A stretch of DNA of 64,000 nt from Verrucomicrobiota bacterium (GTDB taxonomy: Bacteria > Verrucomicrobiota > Verrucomicrobiia > Limisphaerales > SIBE01), in NCBI GenBank assembly GCA_016871515.1, contig VHDE01000001.1, forward strand, positions 81,434-145,433. Direction: 5' to 3'. Below the pieces are notes generated by a model. It made no database searches, was not told the origin of the DNA, and saw only the letters and a program-made list of their open reading frames with translations. The number at the start of each line of letters is the position of its first letter. Position 1 is the stretch's first letter. Below are positions 36,706-45,516 of this stretch, piece after piece. Made by a program: the position numbers and the translations under genes.

Positions 36706-39066
36706 TTAATAATCGGCGGTGTAATTAACGCTGAATTGGAAGCGACCACGCCCGCTAATAAAGTCATCATGTGAAATGGGTATGCCATAGTCAAGGCGCA
36801 GCGGCCCCAGCCTCGGGATATTCAAACGAATTCCCACGCCCCAGTTATCGTTGTAAAACTTCTGCCCGTTCTTCCGGTCAAAGCTGAAGGCATCTTCATA
36901 GACATTACCGATGTCATAAAACATGGCAAAGCGCAAACGTTCAATAATCGGCAGGCTGTACTCGGCCGACCCAAACCAGTAAGTCTCGCCGCCCACGGGC
37001 TCATCATCCCCAAGCGGTCCAATCTCGCGCGGGCCAACATCGCGGTACCGATAGCCACGCAACGAATAAACTCCCCCTAGAAAGTAACGATCAAACAAAG
37101 GAACCCGTTCCGAATCGCCGTAACTCTCGACAACACCCGCTCGACCGCGAAATTCCCAAACGTGGTTCTCGAAAAACCCTGGGAAATACCACGCGGAACG
37201 CAATTCAAACTTGTAGAAATCCGTATCGGCCCCGAATGGACCGCCCGCCAATTCGCTCAACAACTCTGAGCGCTGCCCGCGGTCGGGCAATTGAACGCTG
37301 TTTCGCGTATCATAAGCAATCGAGGCGCCGATTTTTGAAACCAGACGACTCGACGGTTCTTGTTGAATCACCAGGGGAGCTCGAACATCAACGTCCCTGA
37401 TCCCAATATTCTCAATCGTGTAACTGACGCTTCCGATCAGGAATTCACTGCCGAGCGCCTTCCGCAGTCCGAGTCGCGCTCCCGTCTGATGAATGTCGTA
37501 CAGATCGCTGTAGAATCGCAAATCGCGATGATACAAATCTGTCTCAAACGCCAGCCGCCGCCCCAAAAACCAAGGCTCGACAAACGAGATTTGGAAATCT
37601 TTCCGCCGGGTTCCCATCTGCACATGAATGCGGAACTTCTGGCCCCCTCCGCGGAAGTACGGCGGGTTAAAAAGATCGAAGTTCCCTTCGCGCAACCCAA
37701 CGAAGCCGACCAAATTATCTACCGAACTGAAACCTGCGCCCAGTTCAATGTTGCCGGTAGTCGCTTCTTCGACATCAACCACGAGGTTTTTGCGATTCGG
37801 AATATCGGTCGGGTCGGTCTCTGTTTCCACCTTTTCAAAGAAGTTCATCTGTTCCAAACGGCTCTTGCTCCGTTTGACGCGAACCATGTCAAAGACTTCG
37901 CCTGGCGCCACAGCCAGTTCGCGCCGGATGACTTTATCCTTGGTTTTGACATTGCCGCGAATTTCGATCTTCTCAATAAAGGATTTGCCTTTGTCCTCAT
38001 CGCGAATCTCGTAAACCAAATCCATGGTCCCCTTTTCCGTGTTGGGATGTTTGAGAGCGCGAACCCAAGTGTCGATATAGCCGCGGCTGCCGTAAAAATC
38101 GCGAATCGCCTCGATGTCGGCTTCCAGTCCCTTTGGAGTGAAGATTTCGCCGACCCCCATTCTAATGCCTTTGCTATTCCGGTCACCCTTCATGATGTCT
38201 TCGTCCGAGAAGAGCGAATTGTCTTTGATATCCAAGGCGCCGACTTTGTATTGGTTTCCTTCGGAGATGACGAAGCGGATGACCACGTGTCTGGGATCGA
38301 GATATTCAAACTGGACATCGCGGATTTCGAAGTCGATATACCCTTCATTGCGGTAGAAGTTGGCGAGCTTCTCCTTGTCGTCCTCGAATTGCTCGTCCTT
38401 GAGAACTCCGCTGCCAGTGATCCAGGAAAAAATCCAGTGGCGGCGGGTCTTAATCACCCGGCGAAGTTTCTTTTGTGGAAATGTTTTTGCTCCGACAAAC
38501 TCGACGCGCTCGATGCGCACCTTTGGACTCTCTTTGATTTGAAACGTGACAGTTCCGCGTCCGGTTTCGTCGACAATCGTTGGAACATACTCGACCTTCG
38601 TGGCCTGATAGCCGGCCTTCTGGTACATCTTCAGAATCTCTTGGCTGTCAGCGAAAAGCTTCCTCTCATCCAACGGTTCGCCGGTTTTCGACGTCACCTT
38701 TTTGAACAGCTTCTTGTTATTATACTTTTTGTTCCCTTCGAATCGGATGTCCGTCAGGATCGGTTTTCCTTGCACGACATAGATCAGCTTGATTCCCTCG
38801 GGCGTGCGTTCTTCAGCGACGCGAATGTTATAAAACAAACCGGTCGAATAGAGGGTCTTGACGTCATCGTCGACACCCGTGCGGCTGTAAGTGTCGCCGG
38901 GCTTAACCCGAATATTCGCCTTGATCAATTCGTCGCTAGCGGCCGGCGGGCCGACATGGCGAATCTCAATGCTTTGGATGGCTTGTGCCGAAACGGTCGG
39001 CTCCCAGGCAAAACAAAGAAGCAACGCCCAGACTAGCCATATGCGGCGAAGGATCAACGCAGTCAT
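36706..39066 (-). CDS. bamA: Outer-membrane protein assembly factor BamA
   Basis: There are five POTRA-like repeats (I..I.F.GN........). The C-terminal beta-barrel has a terminal aromatic residue (..FSVNYTADY). Confidence 0.9.
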   Translation of the reverse strand: MTALILRRIWLVWALLLCFAWEPTVSAQAIQSIEIRHVGPPAASDELIKANIRVKPGDTYSRTGVDDDVKTLYSTGLFYNIRVAEERTPEGIKLIYVVQGKPILTDIRFEGNKKYNNKKLFKKVTSKTGEPLDERKLFADSQEILKMYQKAGYQATKVEYVPTIVDETGRGTVTFQIKESPKVRIERVEFVGAKTFPQKKLRRVIKTRRHWIFSWITGSGVLKDEQFEDDKEKLANFYRNEGYIDFEIRDVQFEYLDPRHVVIRFVISEGNQYKVGALDIKDNSLFSDEDIMKGDRNSKGIRMGVGEIFTPKGLEADIEAIRDFYGSRGYIDTWVRALKHPNTEKGTMDLVYEIRDEDKGKSFIEKIEIRGNVKTKDKVIRRELAVAPGEVFDMVRVKRSKSRLEQMNFFEKVETETDPTDIPNRKNLVVDVEEATTGNIELGAGFSSVDNLVGFVGLREGNFDLFNPPYFRGGGQKFRIHVQMGTRRKDFQISFVEPWFLGRRLAFETDLYHRDLRFYSDLYDIHQTGARLGLRKALGSEFLIGSVSYTIENIGIRDVDVRAPLVIQQEPSSRLVSKIGASIAYDTRNSVQLPDRGQRSELLSELAGGPFGADTDFYKFELRSAWYFPGFFENHVWEFRGRAGVVESYGDSERVPLFDRYFLGGVYSLRGYRYRDVGPREIGPLGDDEPVGGETYWFGSAEYSLPIIERLRFAMFYDIGNVYEDAFSFDRKNGQKFYNDNWGVGIRLNIPRLGPLRLDYGIPISHDDFISGRGRFQFSVNYTADY

Positions 39067-39068
39067 TC

Positions 39069-39285
39069 TCCCCTCTCCCTAGCCCTCTCCCCATCCGATG
39101 GGGAGAGGGAAAAGAATCTGCGGAGCGTGCACTCTCGTGGAGTAATTTCCCCCGCCCCATCGGATGGGGAGAGGGTTAAGGAGAGACTTCTCCGAAACAA
39201 AATTTCGTGCATTGAACCCATGAACCACTGCGTCGGTAGGGCGGCGTTGCTGCGCCGCCCTGCCTTTAGGTTCATGGGGAGGGGT
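39069..39285. repeat. Composite family element starting 3 nt upstream of the bamA ATG
   Basis: CCCCTCTCCCTAGCCCTCTCCCCATCCGATGGGGAGAGGG, core, CCCGCCCCATCGGATGGGGAGAGGGTTAAGGAGAG, then ACTTCTCCGAAACAAAATTTCG and an ATGAACC..GGTTCATG hairpin. Confidence 0.9.
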
Positions 39286-39308
39286 AGCATTGACTGCATA
39301 CTTACTCT

Positions 39309-40772
39309 TTAGTTCTCTTGCGGCACATCTTCGGCGCTGACTTTGGCGGCACTTTCGAAACGCGTGTACGATTTCAGGAACGTTAAGTTGACATCGCCGG
39401 TTGGTCCGTTGCGCTGTTTGGCGATCAACAGATTGACGGGAAGAGCTTCGGACTCGTGACCGACTTCTTCGTCATCCGTCTTGTCTTTTTCTTTGTAAAG
39501 CAGACAAACCAAATCAGCATCCTGTTCAATAGAGCCGGACTCGCGTAAGTCCGACAGGCGAGGCTTGCTACGGTTGTCTCGCTCGATCTCCCGGTTCAAT
39601 TGGCTCAGGACAATGACCGGAACGTTCAGTTCCTTGGCCAACGCTTTGATGCCGTTGGAAATATCGGCGATTTCCTGCTGCCGGTTTTCAACTCGCCGCG
39701 AAGTAGAATTGAGCAGTTGTAAGTAGTCAATCACAAAGAGCTTAATCCCGTATTGCTGATACATCCGCCGCGCTTTGGCGCGCAATTGCAGAATGGAAAG
39801 CCCCGACGTGTCATCGATAAACAAGGGGGCGTTAGCCAGTTTGCCCGCCGAACCAGTCAGCTTGGGAAAATCGCGCTCCGCCAGGAAACCTTCCCGAATA
39901 CTCCGCAAATTCACGCGCGACCGCGAACATAACATGCGCAACACCAAAGATTCCGCCGTCATTTCCAAACTGAAGACGCCCACCGGCAATTTCTGTTCGA
40001 TCGCTACGTGCTCGGCGATATTCATCGCCAACGATGTTTTGCCCACGCTGGGACGCGCGGCGATCACGATCATTTCGCCGCCATGCAATCCACTCGTCAT
40101 CTTGTCGAAGTCCGCAAAGCCGGTCGCGAGTCCCGTCAGCATCCCTTGGCGTTGATGAAACTCCTCGATGGTATTGATCGCTTTGTGCACCAAATCTTTG
40201 ATTGTCCGCGAAGCCGCTTCCACGCGTTCTTCGCTGATCCGGAGCACATCGCGTTCGACTTCGTCCAAGAGTCCATCCACCTCCCCTTCATGCTCGTAAA
40301 CGCGCCCGACCACCGCCGTGCAGGTATGGATCATTTTCCTCAGCAAATATTTTTCCCGCACGATCTCGACGTAGTACTCCAGATTCGCGGCCGAGGGCAC
40401 ACAGTCCGCGAGTGATGACAGGTAAGCCAAACCTCCGACCACTTCGAGCTGATTCCGGTCCTTGAGCCGCTGGTGAATTGTGATGAGATCGATGGCTTCC
40501 TTCTGATCGTACATTTCAGCCAGGAGATCGAAGATGTGCTGGTGTCGCAGGTCGTAGAATATCTCGCTGCCACGCTTGAACTTCTCGATACAGACCCCCA
40601 TGCACTCGGGCGGCGAAAGCAAAACGCAACCTAACACCCCCTGCTCTGCTTCATTCGAATGCGGCGGCAACCGATCGATCGTGGTGGAAGCGATCGCCGC
40701 GCTCTTATTGTGGCGGGTTTTCTTGAGGTCGGCCGAGGCCGTGCGAGATTCAGAATCGATCGAGTCAATCAT
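39309..40772 (-). CDS. dnaB: Replicative DNA helicase DnaB
   Basis: N-terminal PPHSNEAEQGVLG motif, Walker A AARPSVGKTS, and the DYLQL and SQLNR motifs. Confidence 0.95.
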   Translation of the reverse strand: MIDSIDSESRTASADLKKTRHNKSAAIASTTIDRLPPHSNEAEQGVLGCVLLSPPECMGVCIEKFKRGSEIFYDLRHQHIFDLLAEMYDQKEAIDLITIHQRLKDRNQLEVVGGLAYLSSLADCVPSAANLEYYVEIVREKYLLRKMIHTCTAVVGRVYEHEGEVDGLLDEVERDVLRISEERVEAASRTIKDLVHKAINTIEEFHQRQGMLTGLATGFADFDKMTSGLHGGEMIVIAARPSVGKTSLAMNIAEHVAIEQKLPVGVFSLEMTAESLVLRMLCSRSRVNLRSIREGFLAERDFPKLTGSAGKLANAPLFIDDTSGLSILQLRAKARRMYQQYGIKLFVIDYLQLLNSTSRRVENRQQEIADISNGIKALAKELNVPVIVLSQLNREIERDNRSKPRLSDLRESGSIEQDADLVCLLYKEKDKTDDEEVGHESEALPVNLLIAKQRNGPTGDVNLTFLKSYTRFESAAKVSAEDVPQEN

Positions 40773-40977
40773 GGTTCAAGCAAACGGGAATTTCGCAGGC
40801 AGTGCAATTCCGAGTTGCTAAAGCTACTGCCAATATATTCACCAGCTACTGACAGGCGGAATTATTCGCAGCCGGGAAAAGGCTTGGGCCAGACGTGTTC
40901 GAGACCAGGCGGCCTGAACGAAGTTCAACATGGGCGGCGTTCCATTGCTGGTTACCATCGCCAACCGCGACGCCGGC

Positions 40978-41373
40978 TTAGGCCTGCTCCACTCGCAGCT
41001 TGTCGCCAACACCCTGCCGGGCGGCGTCGAAGTGAGCGTCCCGGCAAACGACGGGAAAGCCCGTGCGAATGGCCACTGTGGCAACGAACAGGTCGTTTCG
41101 GGGGACGGTCAATCCCCGCACTCGCAGGTGGCGTTCGAGCAGCGCGGCATCTTGCCAGTCACCCGGCTCGAACAACAGATGATGGCTCAGCGCGAGCGCC
41201 TGTTCGAGATCGTTTTCTTCGTGCGGCTTCACTCCGCTGAGCAACTCAAATCGAATCGGGCAAGTGTAGGCAGCTTCGTCAGACTGGAGGAGCCGGGCCA
41301 CGAGGCTCTTGACGCTGGGATCGCCCTTGCGCCGGAGGAATTCCACCCACACAGACGAGTCAATGATCCTCAT
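40978..41373 (-). CDS. vapC: PIN-domain toxin VapC
   Basis: MRIIDSSVWVEFL (first acidic residue); later E and D residues (RFELLSG, NDLFVATVA). It overlaps vapB by 14 nt. Confidence 0.8.
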   Translation of the reverse strand: MRIIDSSVWVEFLRRKGDPSVKSLVARLLQSDEAAYTCPIRFELLSGVKPHEENDLEQALALSHHLLFEPGDWQDAALLERHLRVRGLTVPRNDLFVATVAIRTGFPVVCRDAHFDAARQGVGDKLRVEQA

Positions 41374-41575
41374 AGAAGTCGCGCGCTTCCAACTCCGCGT
41401 TGGTCAGAGAGAAGTCCGTTTCGCCTGCGAACGCTCTCTCAATAAGACGCTTCTTTTCCTGCATCCGAAGGTAATCAGCGAGCGCTTGGCTGACCGCCGG
41501 CGATTTCTTCTTTTGGCCGGTCAGTTTCTGAATTCGCTTCAGTTCAGAAGCATCAATATCAATCGTTATTCGCAT
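41360..41575 (-). CDS. vapB: VapB-type antitoxin
   Basis: MRITIDIDASELKRIQKLTGQKKKSPAVSQALADYLR is typical of small ribbon-helix-helix/VapB antitoxins. It lies directly upstream of the PIN gene. Confidence 0.75.
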   Translation of the reverse strand: MRITIDIDASELKRIQKLTGQKKKSPAVSQALADYLRMQEKKRLIERAFAGETDFSLTNAELEARDFYEDH

Positions 41576-41651
41576 ATTTCGGATTGATATTATGCCTCAA
41601 CTCGCGGCCACGCAAGCAGCATCAAACCGCTCCTCAGCCGGCGCGCGCATC

Positions 41652-41855
41652 CTGGCACTGCCCCAAATGGCAGGGGACGGCGCAGCAACGCCGCCCTACC
41701 CACCGATGGGTTCATGGTCCAATGCGTGTCAAAAAAGGAAAGGAAACTTTCCATTGAACCGTTGCAAAAACTCAACGCTCAACATCCAACTTTTAACTTC
41801 CAACGCGTTCGCGACACGATTGCAGGCTGGCAGGATAGGCGTCCCGCCTGTCCAC
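41652..41855. repeat. Family repeat cluster
   Basis: Half-hairpin GACGGCGCAGCAACGCCGCCCTACC..GGGTTCATGG, the GGAAAG-GAAA-CTTTCC hairpin, CTCAACGCTCAACATCCAAC motif repeats, and GGCAGGATAGGCGTCCCGCCTGTCC. Confidence 0.75.
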
Positions 41856-41918
41856 CATTTTTCCTGCGCCTGAAGCAGGACAGCCGGAACGCGCTCTCCT
41901 ACCTAAGTGTTTCCAGCT

Positions 41919-43109
41919 TTATTTCGGATTCTGTGTCCGGCAACGAAGCCGGAGGACGCCGGCGAGTCCGATGACGAGCAATCCGCTGACGGCCAGCGCT
42001 CCACTGTCCGGACGATAGGGAAAGAAATAGAGCGCCAACCCGCCGACGGCCGGTCCAGTGAAAAGGCCAATTCCAATCGCCGCTTCGTGAAATCCGCCGT
42101 GCTCCGCCTTGTTGTCACCAATATGCATCGAGTAAAAGAGCGACGAGTAGTAGATCAGGCCCAAGCCCATCCCGAACGCAATCTGAGCCGCCACGACAAT
42201 CCAGAGATTTTTCACCAGCAAGAGCGTGGAAAAGCCTGCTGTTAACATCACAAACGCCGTGATGAACCAGCGAAATCGATAATGCCATCCATCCCATAAC
42301 CATAACCCGACGAACGTGCCGAACCGAACGAAGAACCAAATCGAGCAAACAAATCCTGTCCACATTGGGCTGAGGTTCAAGCGTTGCGCCAAACCTGGAA
42401 CCACCGCGGCGATTGTGTTCACGGCAATGTAAGCAAATGGATTGGCCAGCCAGGCCATGCGCAAAAACGATTTCGTGCGCGCAATGGGACGCGGGTTCAA
42501 TGGCGGCAATGCGGGCTTGACGTCCACGCTGGTTCTCGGTTCAAGCGGGACAGCCTTTGCCTTCTTTCTTAACCAAAGCAGCAAGCCGAGCTGCAGCAGA
42601 TGAACCGTCGCCGGACCGTAAAACAGACTCCGTAAGCCCAAGGTCTCGAGGAGCGCGCCGCCGCTGAAGAACGCGATTCCGCTGACACCTGCCCAAACCA
42701 TGTTATAAATGCCGACCACCGTCTGAAGCCCGTCGGGCTCTTCATGTTCGCTGATCAAGGCCTGCAAGTTCGGCCAGGTGAAGCACATTCCGAGCGTACA
42801 CGTCAGCATGGTGGCTATATGCCCCTTGACGCTTTGCAGGGAACTGCCGACAACTAACGCGCCCGCCATGATGGAAAAACCGAGGCCAAGCGCTTTGAAC
42901 CCGCCATATTTTTGTCCGAAGCGGCCCGCGAACCAAGCGCCAAACATATAGAGGAACCCTTGCGATGCGGAGAGGAACAGGTTCTCGCGATTGCCAAAAC
43001 CAAACTGCTTGGTCATGAAAAAATAGATGTAATAGAAGTAGTACGTCGTCGCGAGCGAGTTAAGTCCCTCCAAAACGAAGTAACGGGCTTTCAGCTGGCG
43101 CAGGGTCAT
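41919..43109 (-). CDS. MFS transporter
   Basis: 396 aa with about 12 hydrophobic segments and an MFS-like loop motif between TM2 and TM3 (GRFGQKYGG). Confidence 0.75.
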   Translation of the reverse strand: MTLRQLKARYFVLEGLNSLATTYYFYYIYFFMTKQFGFGNRENLFLSASQGFLYMFGAWFAGRFGQKYGGFKALGLGFSIMAGALVVGSSLQSVKGHIATMLTCTLGMCFTWPNLQALISEHEEPDGLQTVVGIYNMVWAGVSGIAFFSGGALLETLGLRSLFYGPATVHLLQLGLLLWLRKKAKAVPLEPRTSVDVKPALPPLNPRPIARTKSFLRMAWLANPFAYIAVNTIAAVVPGLAQRLNLSPMWTGFVCSIWFFVRFGTFVGLWLWDGWHYRFRWFITAFVMLTAGFSTLLLVKNLWIVVAAQIAFGMGLGLIYYSSLFYSMHIGDNKAEHGGFHEAAIGIGLFTGPAVGGLALYFFPYRPDSGALAVSGLLVIGLAGVLRLRCRTQNPK

Positions 43110-43123
43110 TCCGGAGCCACGTG

Positions 43124-43645
43124 CTACGTGATGCGTGATGCGTGATGCGTGATATGCGACGACGCGGTCCGGTCAGAGCCCGAAAGTTCCTCGATGGCCT
43201 TGAGGCAATACCATTTCACGGCGGCGGACAGCGGAGGAGCGAGGGCTTCCAGATCGTTACTCGAACACCAGCGAATGTCGTGGTGCTCGCTTGCGGAAAG
43301 CGTTAACGCGCCATTCTTCGGCCGAGCCCAGTAGATGAGCCCAATATGTTCGTGCGTATCGTGGATGCGATGGATGTCGAGAAAACGTGGCGCGATCAAG
43401 GCGCGGGTTCCATCTCCCGTGGTGGGTGGCCGTTCGCCGAGCAGTTCTACATCTAAACCGCTTTCCTCCTTGGCTTCGCGCAGAGCCGCAGCTTCGGGGT
43501 CTTCGTCCAATTCGATATGCCCGCCTAAAGGCAGCCATTTGTCGAGCTGGCGATGATGAATCAGAAGCACCCTGCCCCGCTGCACCACAAATATGGCAAC
43601 GGTGAAATCAATTTTGTCGTGGATATGCGGCATGTCGCGTGACAT
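43124..43645 (-). CDS. NUDIX hydrolase
   Basis: Nudix box GGHIELDEDPEAAALREAKEESGL. Start at the ATG at 43645 or 43633; the longer track ORF overlaps the upstream gene. Confidence 0.85.
   Translation of the reverse strand: MSRDMPHIHDKIDFTVAIFVVQRGRVLLIHHRQLDKWLPLGGHIELDEDPEAAALREAKEESGLDVELLGERPPTTGDGTRALIAPRFLDIHRIHDTHEHIGLIYWARPKNGALTLSASEHHDIRWCSSNDLEALAPPLSAAVKWYCLKAIEELSGSDRTASSHITHHASRIT
43127..43154. repeat. Heptanucleotide tandem repeat (CGTGATG)x3 plus CGTGATA inside the last 10 codons of the Nudix gene
   Basis: Units at 43127-43133, 43134-43140, 43141-47 and 43148-54. They encode ..HITHHASRIT on the minus strand. Confidence 0.9.
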
Positions 43646-43805
43646 GAAACAGCAAACGTTTCCAAAAGCAAGTGAAGCCGAAGGACGAGGCCGTTTTGCC
43701 AGGAGCGCAGCGTTTACGCTGCAGAAACGTCCCAATGCTCGCACGTTTTGCGCATCTCGTCGTCGCTCGCAATCGCTCAAATTTCGAGCACGATGGAACG
43801 CGCGA

Positions 43806-44327
43806 TTAGTAATCGTACAGCCCACTGTCGCGCGAGTATCCGCCACCTCCGTAACCGCCGCCCATCCCGCCTTCATCTTCCGGGCCGCCCATAAAATCAC
43901 CGAGCACATCGCCCATATCTTCTTCGATTTTTTCCGGGTCTTCGCCGGCTTCAAGGCGTTTGATGGCAATATCGAGTTCTTTCGGCATCGTGCCTGCGGG
44001 CAGAATATCCTTCATCTTGCGCATCATATGGGCCATGTGCTTCGGGTTATTCTCGTCCAAGTGCGCGATGTCGCGTTCCATTTCGCTCATGGCCCGCATG
44101 ACGCGGCGATCGTCAAAGTCTGGCATCGGCGGTTCATCGCCGCCCATGTCGCCGCCCGCAGCAGACGGTTCTTTGAGTCCTCGCGGCATGGCGAAGCCGC
44201 TCATCTGCTTCACCATCTCTTTGCTGCCGCACTTGGGACAGACCGGGAGACGATCTGGTTGAATTCGCTTCGAAAGAAAGTTGAAGATTACCCTGCACTT
44301 GGGGCAGGCAAATTCGTAGATAGGCAT
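43806..44327 (-). CDS. FmdB-family zinc-ribbon protein with acidic/Gly-rich tail
   Basis: MPIYEFACPKCRVIF...PVCPKCGS is the hallmark N-terminus. Start at the ATG at 44327. Confidence 0.8.
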   Translation of the reverse strand: MPIYEFACPKCRVIFNFLSKRIQPDRLPVCPKCGSKEMVKQMSGFAMPRGLKEPSAAGGDMGGDEPPMPDFDDRRVMRAMSEMERDIAHLDENNPKHMAHMMRKMKDILPAGTMPKELDIAIKRLEAGEDPEKIEEDMGDVLGDFMGGPEDEGGMGGGYGGGGYSRDSGLYDY

Positions 44328-44381
44328 AAACTCGTTGATTGGTGGCCCTCTCTCGTTCCTCTTCGCCAACGCTGCCGGTTG

Positions 44382-44504
44382 GTCAGGACGGATTCCACTC
44401 TAATGACTTTCGGTAATTCAAAGAGCCTCTGTCCCTCCGGGACAACCATCTGCCACAAGGCCTTGAATTACCGAACGGCATTAGAGTGGAATCCGTCCTG
44501 ACCA
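44382..44504. repeat. 123-nt long inverted repeat (near-perfect hairpin) between korB and the fmdB-like gene
   Basis: The left arm GGTCAGGACGGATTCCACTCTAATG..TTCGGTAATTCAA pairs with TTGAATTACCGAA..CATTAGAGTGGAATCCGTCCTGACC (25 + 13 bp perfect blocks). The apex contains a GTCCC-TCC-GGGAC hairpin. Confidence 0.9.
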
Positions 44505-44513
44505 GCGCACCGG

Positions 44514-45455
44514 TCACTTCAGCCGATCAAAATTCTTCTGCAAGATTTGCCAATCCTTGAGGCCTTTGACTTTCTCCATATTGCCGGAGTTGATCTTAGC
44601 TTCGTTGGCATTCTTCGTCGGACGATTCGCCTTGTAAAAAATCCCGAAGTGTCCCGGAAACGGAGCGTCCGACAATTTATAAGCCGCTATTTCATCGGTG
44701 ATATCGTGTTCCGCCGGGACGACGTTGAACACGCCTCCTTTTCGCGGGTTCGACGCGTCGAAAGCGCCTTCGTAGAATTCAACGCATTCGCTGAGACATT
44801 CGATAAAGCTAAACCCATCGTGATCCATCGCCGCTTCCATCATTTGAAGGACATGGTTCGGATTGGTGTGGGTCGTGCGAGCGACGAAGGTAGCGCCCGC
44901 AGCAATAGCCTGTTTCATCGGGTTAATCGGCTGATCGACCGCTCCCCAAACGTCTGTCTTGCTTTTGAAGCCGGGCGGCGATGTCGGCGATGTCTGTTTC
45001 TTCGTCAGGCCGTAAACCCAGTTGTCCATGACGACGTAGGTCATCTTAATGTTCTTGCGAGCGGTATGATTGAAATGGTTGCCGCCAATCGAAAAGGCAT
45101 CGCCATCACCGCCGAAAACAAAAACGTGCAAGTCGGGCCGGCTGAGAGAAACACCGCTCGCAAAAGGAAGCGCCCGTCCATGGATATAATGCGCGCCGTG
45201 CGCCTGAACGAAATAGGGAAACCGGCTCGAACAGCCGATCCCTGCGATGGTCGTTATCTTCTCATGCCAAAGCTTTCGCTTTTCAATCAGTTTGAAATAA
45301 AGCGCCAAGACCGAGAAATCACCGCAGCCCGGACACCAGGTTGGATGGTCGGCCGAAAGTTCTTTTTTCGTGAGAGCACGGCGCTCTGATTCTGGAAGCG
45401 GAACCGTATTGATGTTGACGCTTCGCGCTGGAGCGTCAGCAAGGGGAGAACTCAT
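44514..45455 (-). CDS. korB: 2-oxoglutarate/2-oxoacid:ferredoxin oxidoreductase beta subunit
   Basis: TWCPGCGDFSVL and the GGDGD TPP-binding motif. Adjacent to the alpha subunit. Confidence 0.9.
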   Translation of the reverse strand: MSSPLADAPARSVNINTVPLPESERRALTKKELSADHPTWCPGCGDFSVLALYFKLIEKRKLWHEKITTIAGIGCSSRFPYFVQAHGAHYIHGRALPFASGVSLSRPDLHVFVFGGDGDAFSIGGNHFNHTARKNIKMTYVVMDNWVYGLTKKQTSPTSPPGFKSKTDVWGAVDQPINPMKQAIAAGATFVARTTHTNPNHVLQMMEAAMDHDGFSFIECLSECVEFYEGAFDASNPRKGGVFNVVPAEHDITDEIAAYKLSDAPFPGHFGIFYKANRPTKNANEAKINSGNMEKVKGLKDWQILQKNFDRLK

Positions 45456-45516
45456 ACTAAGGTTAAATGTGTTAAACAGTTAAAAAGGTTAAAGCGAAAG
45501 ACACAGCCTGTTTGAC

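Noticed and set aside
37360-39036. Long antisense ORFs inside well-supported genes. Examples: 558 aa opposite bamA, 3560-4399 opposite the WD40 gene, 44547-45389 opposite korB, 53198-53929 opposite phoD, 16342-17148 opposite Uma2, 43593-44501, 763-1356 and 1963-2556.
   Set aside because: Their translations are low-complexity or Arg/Pro-rich without motifs. The opposite strand encodes proteins with clear family signatures. They are typical shadow ORFs of moderately GC-rich DNA.
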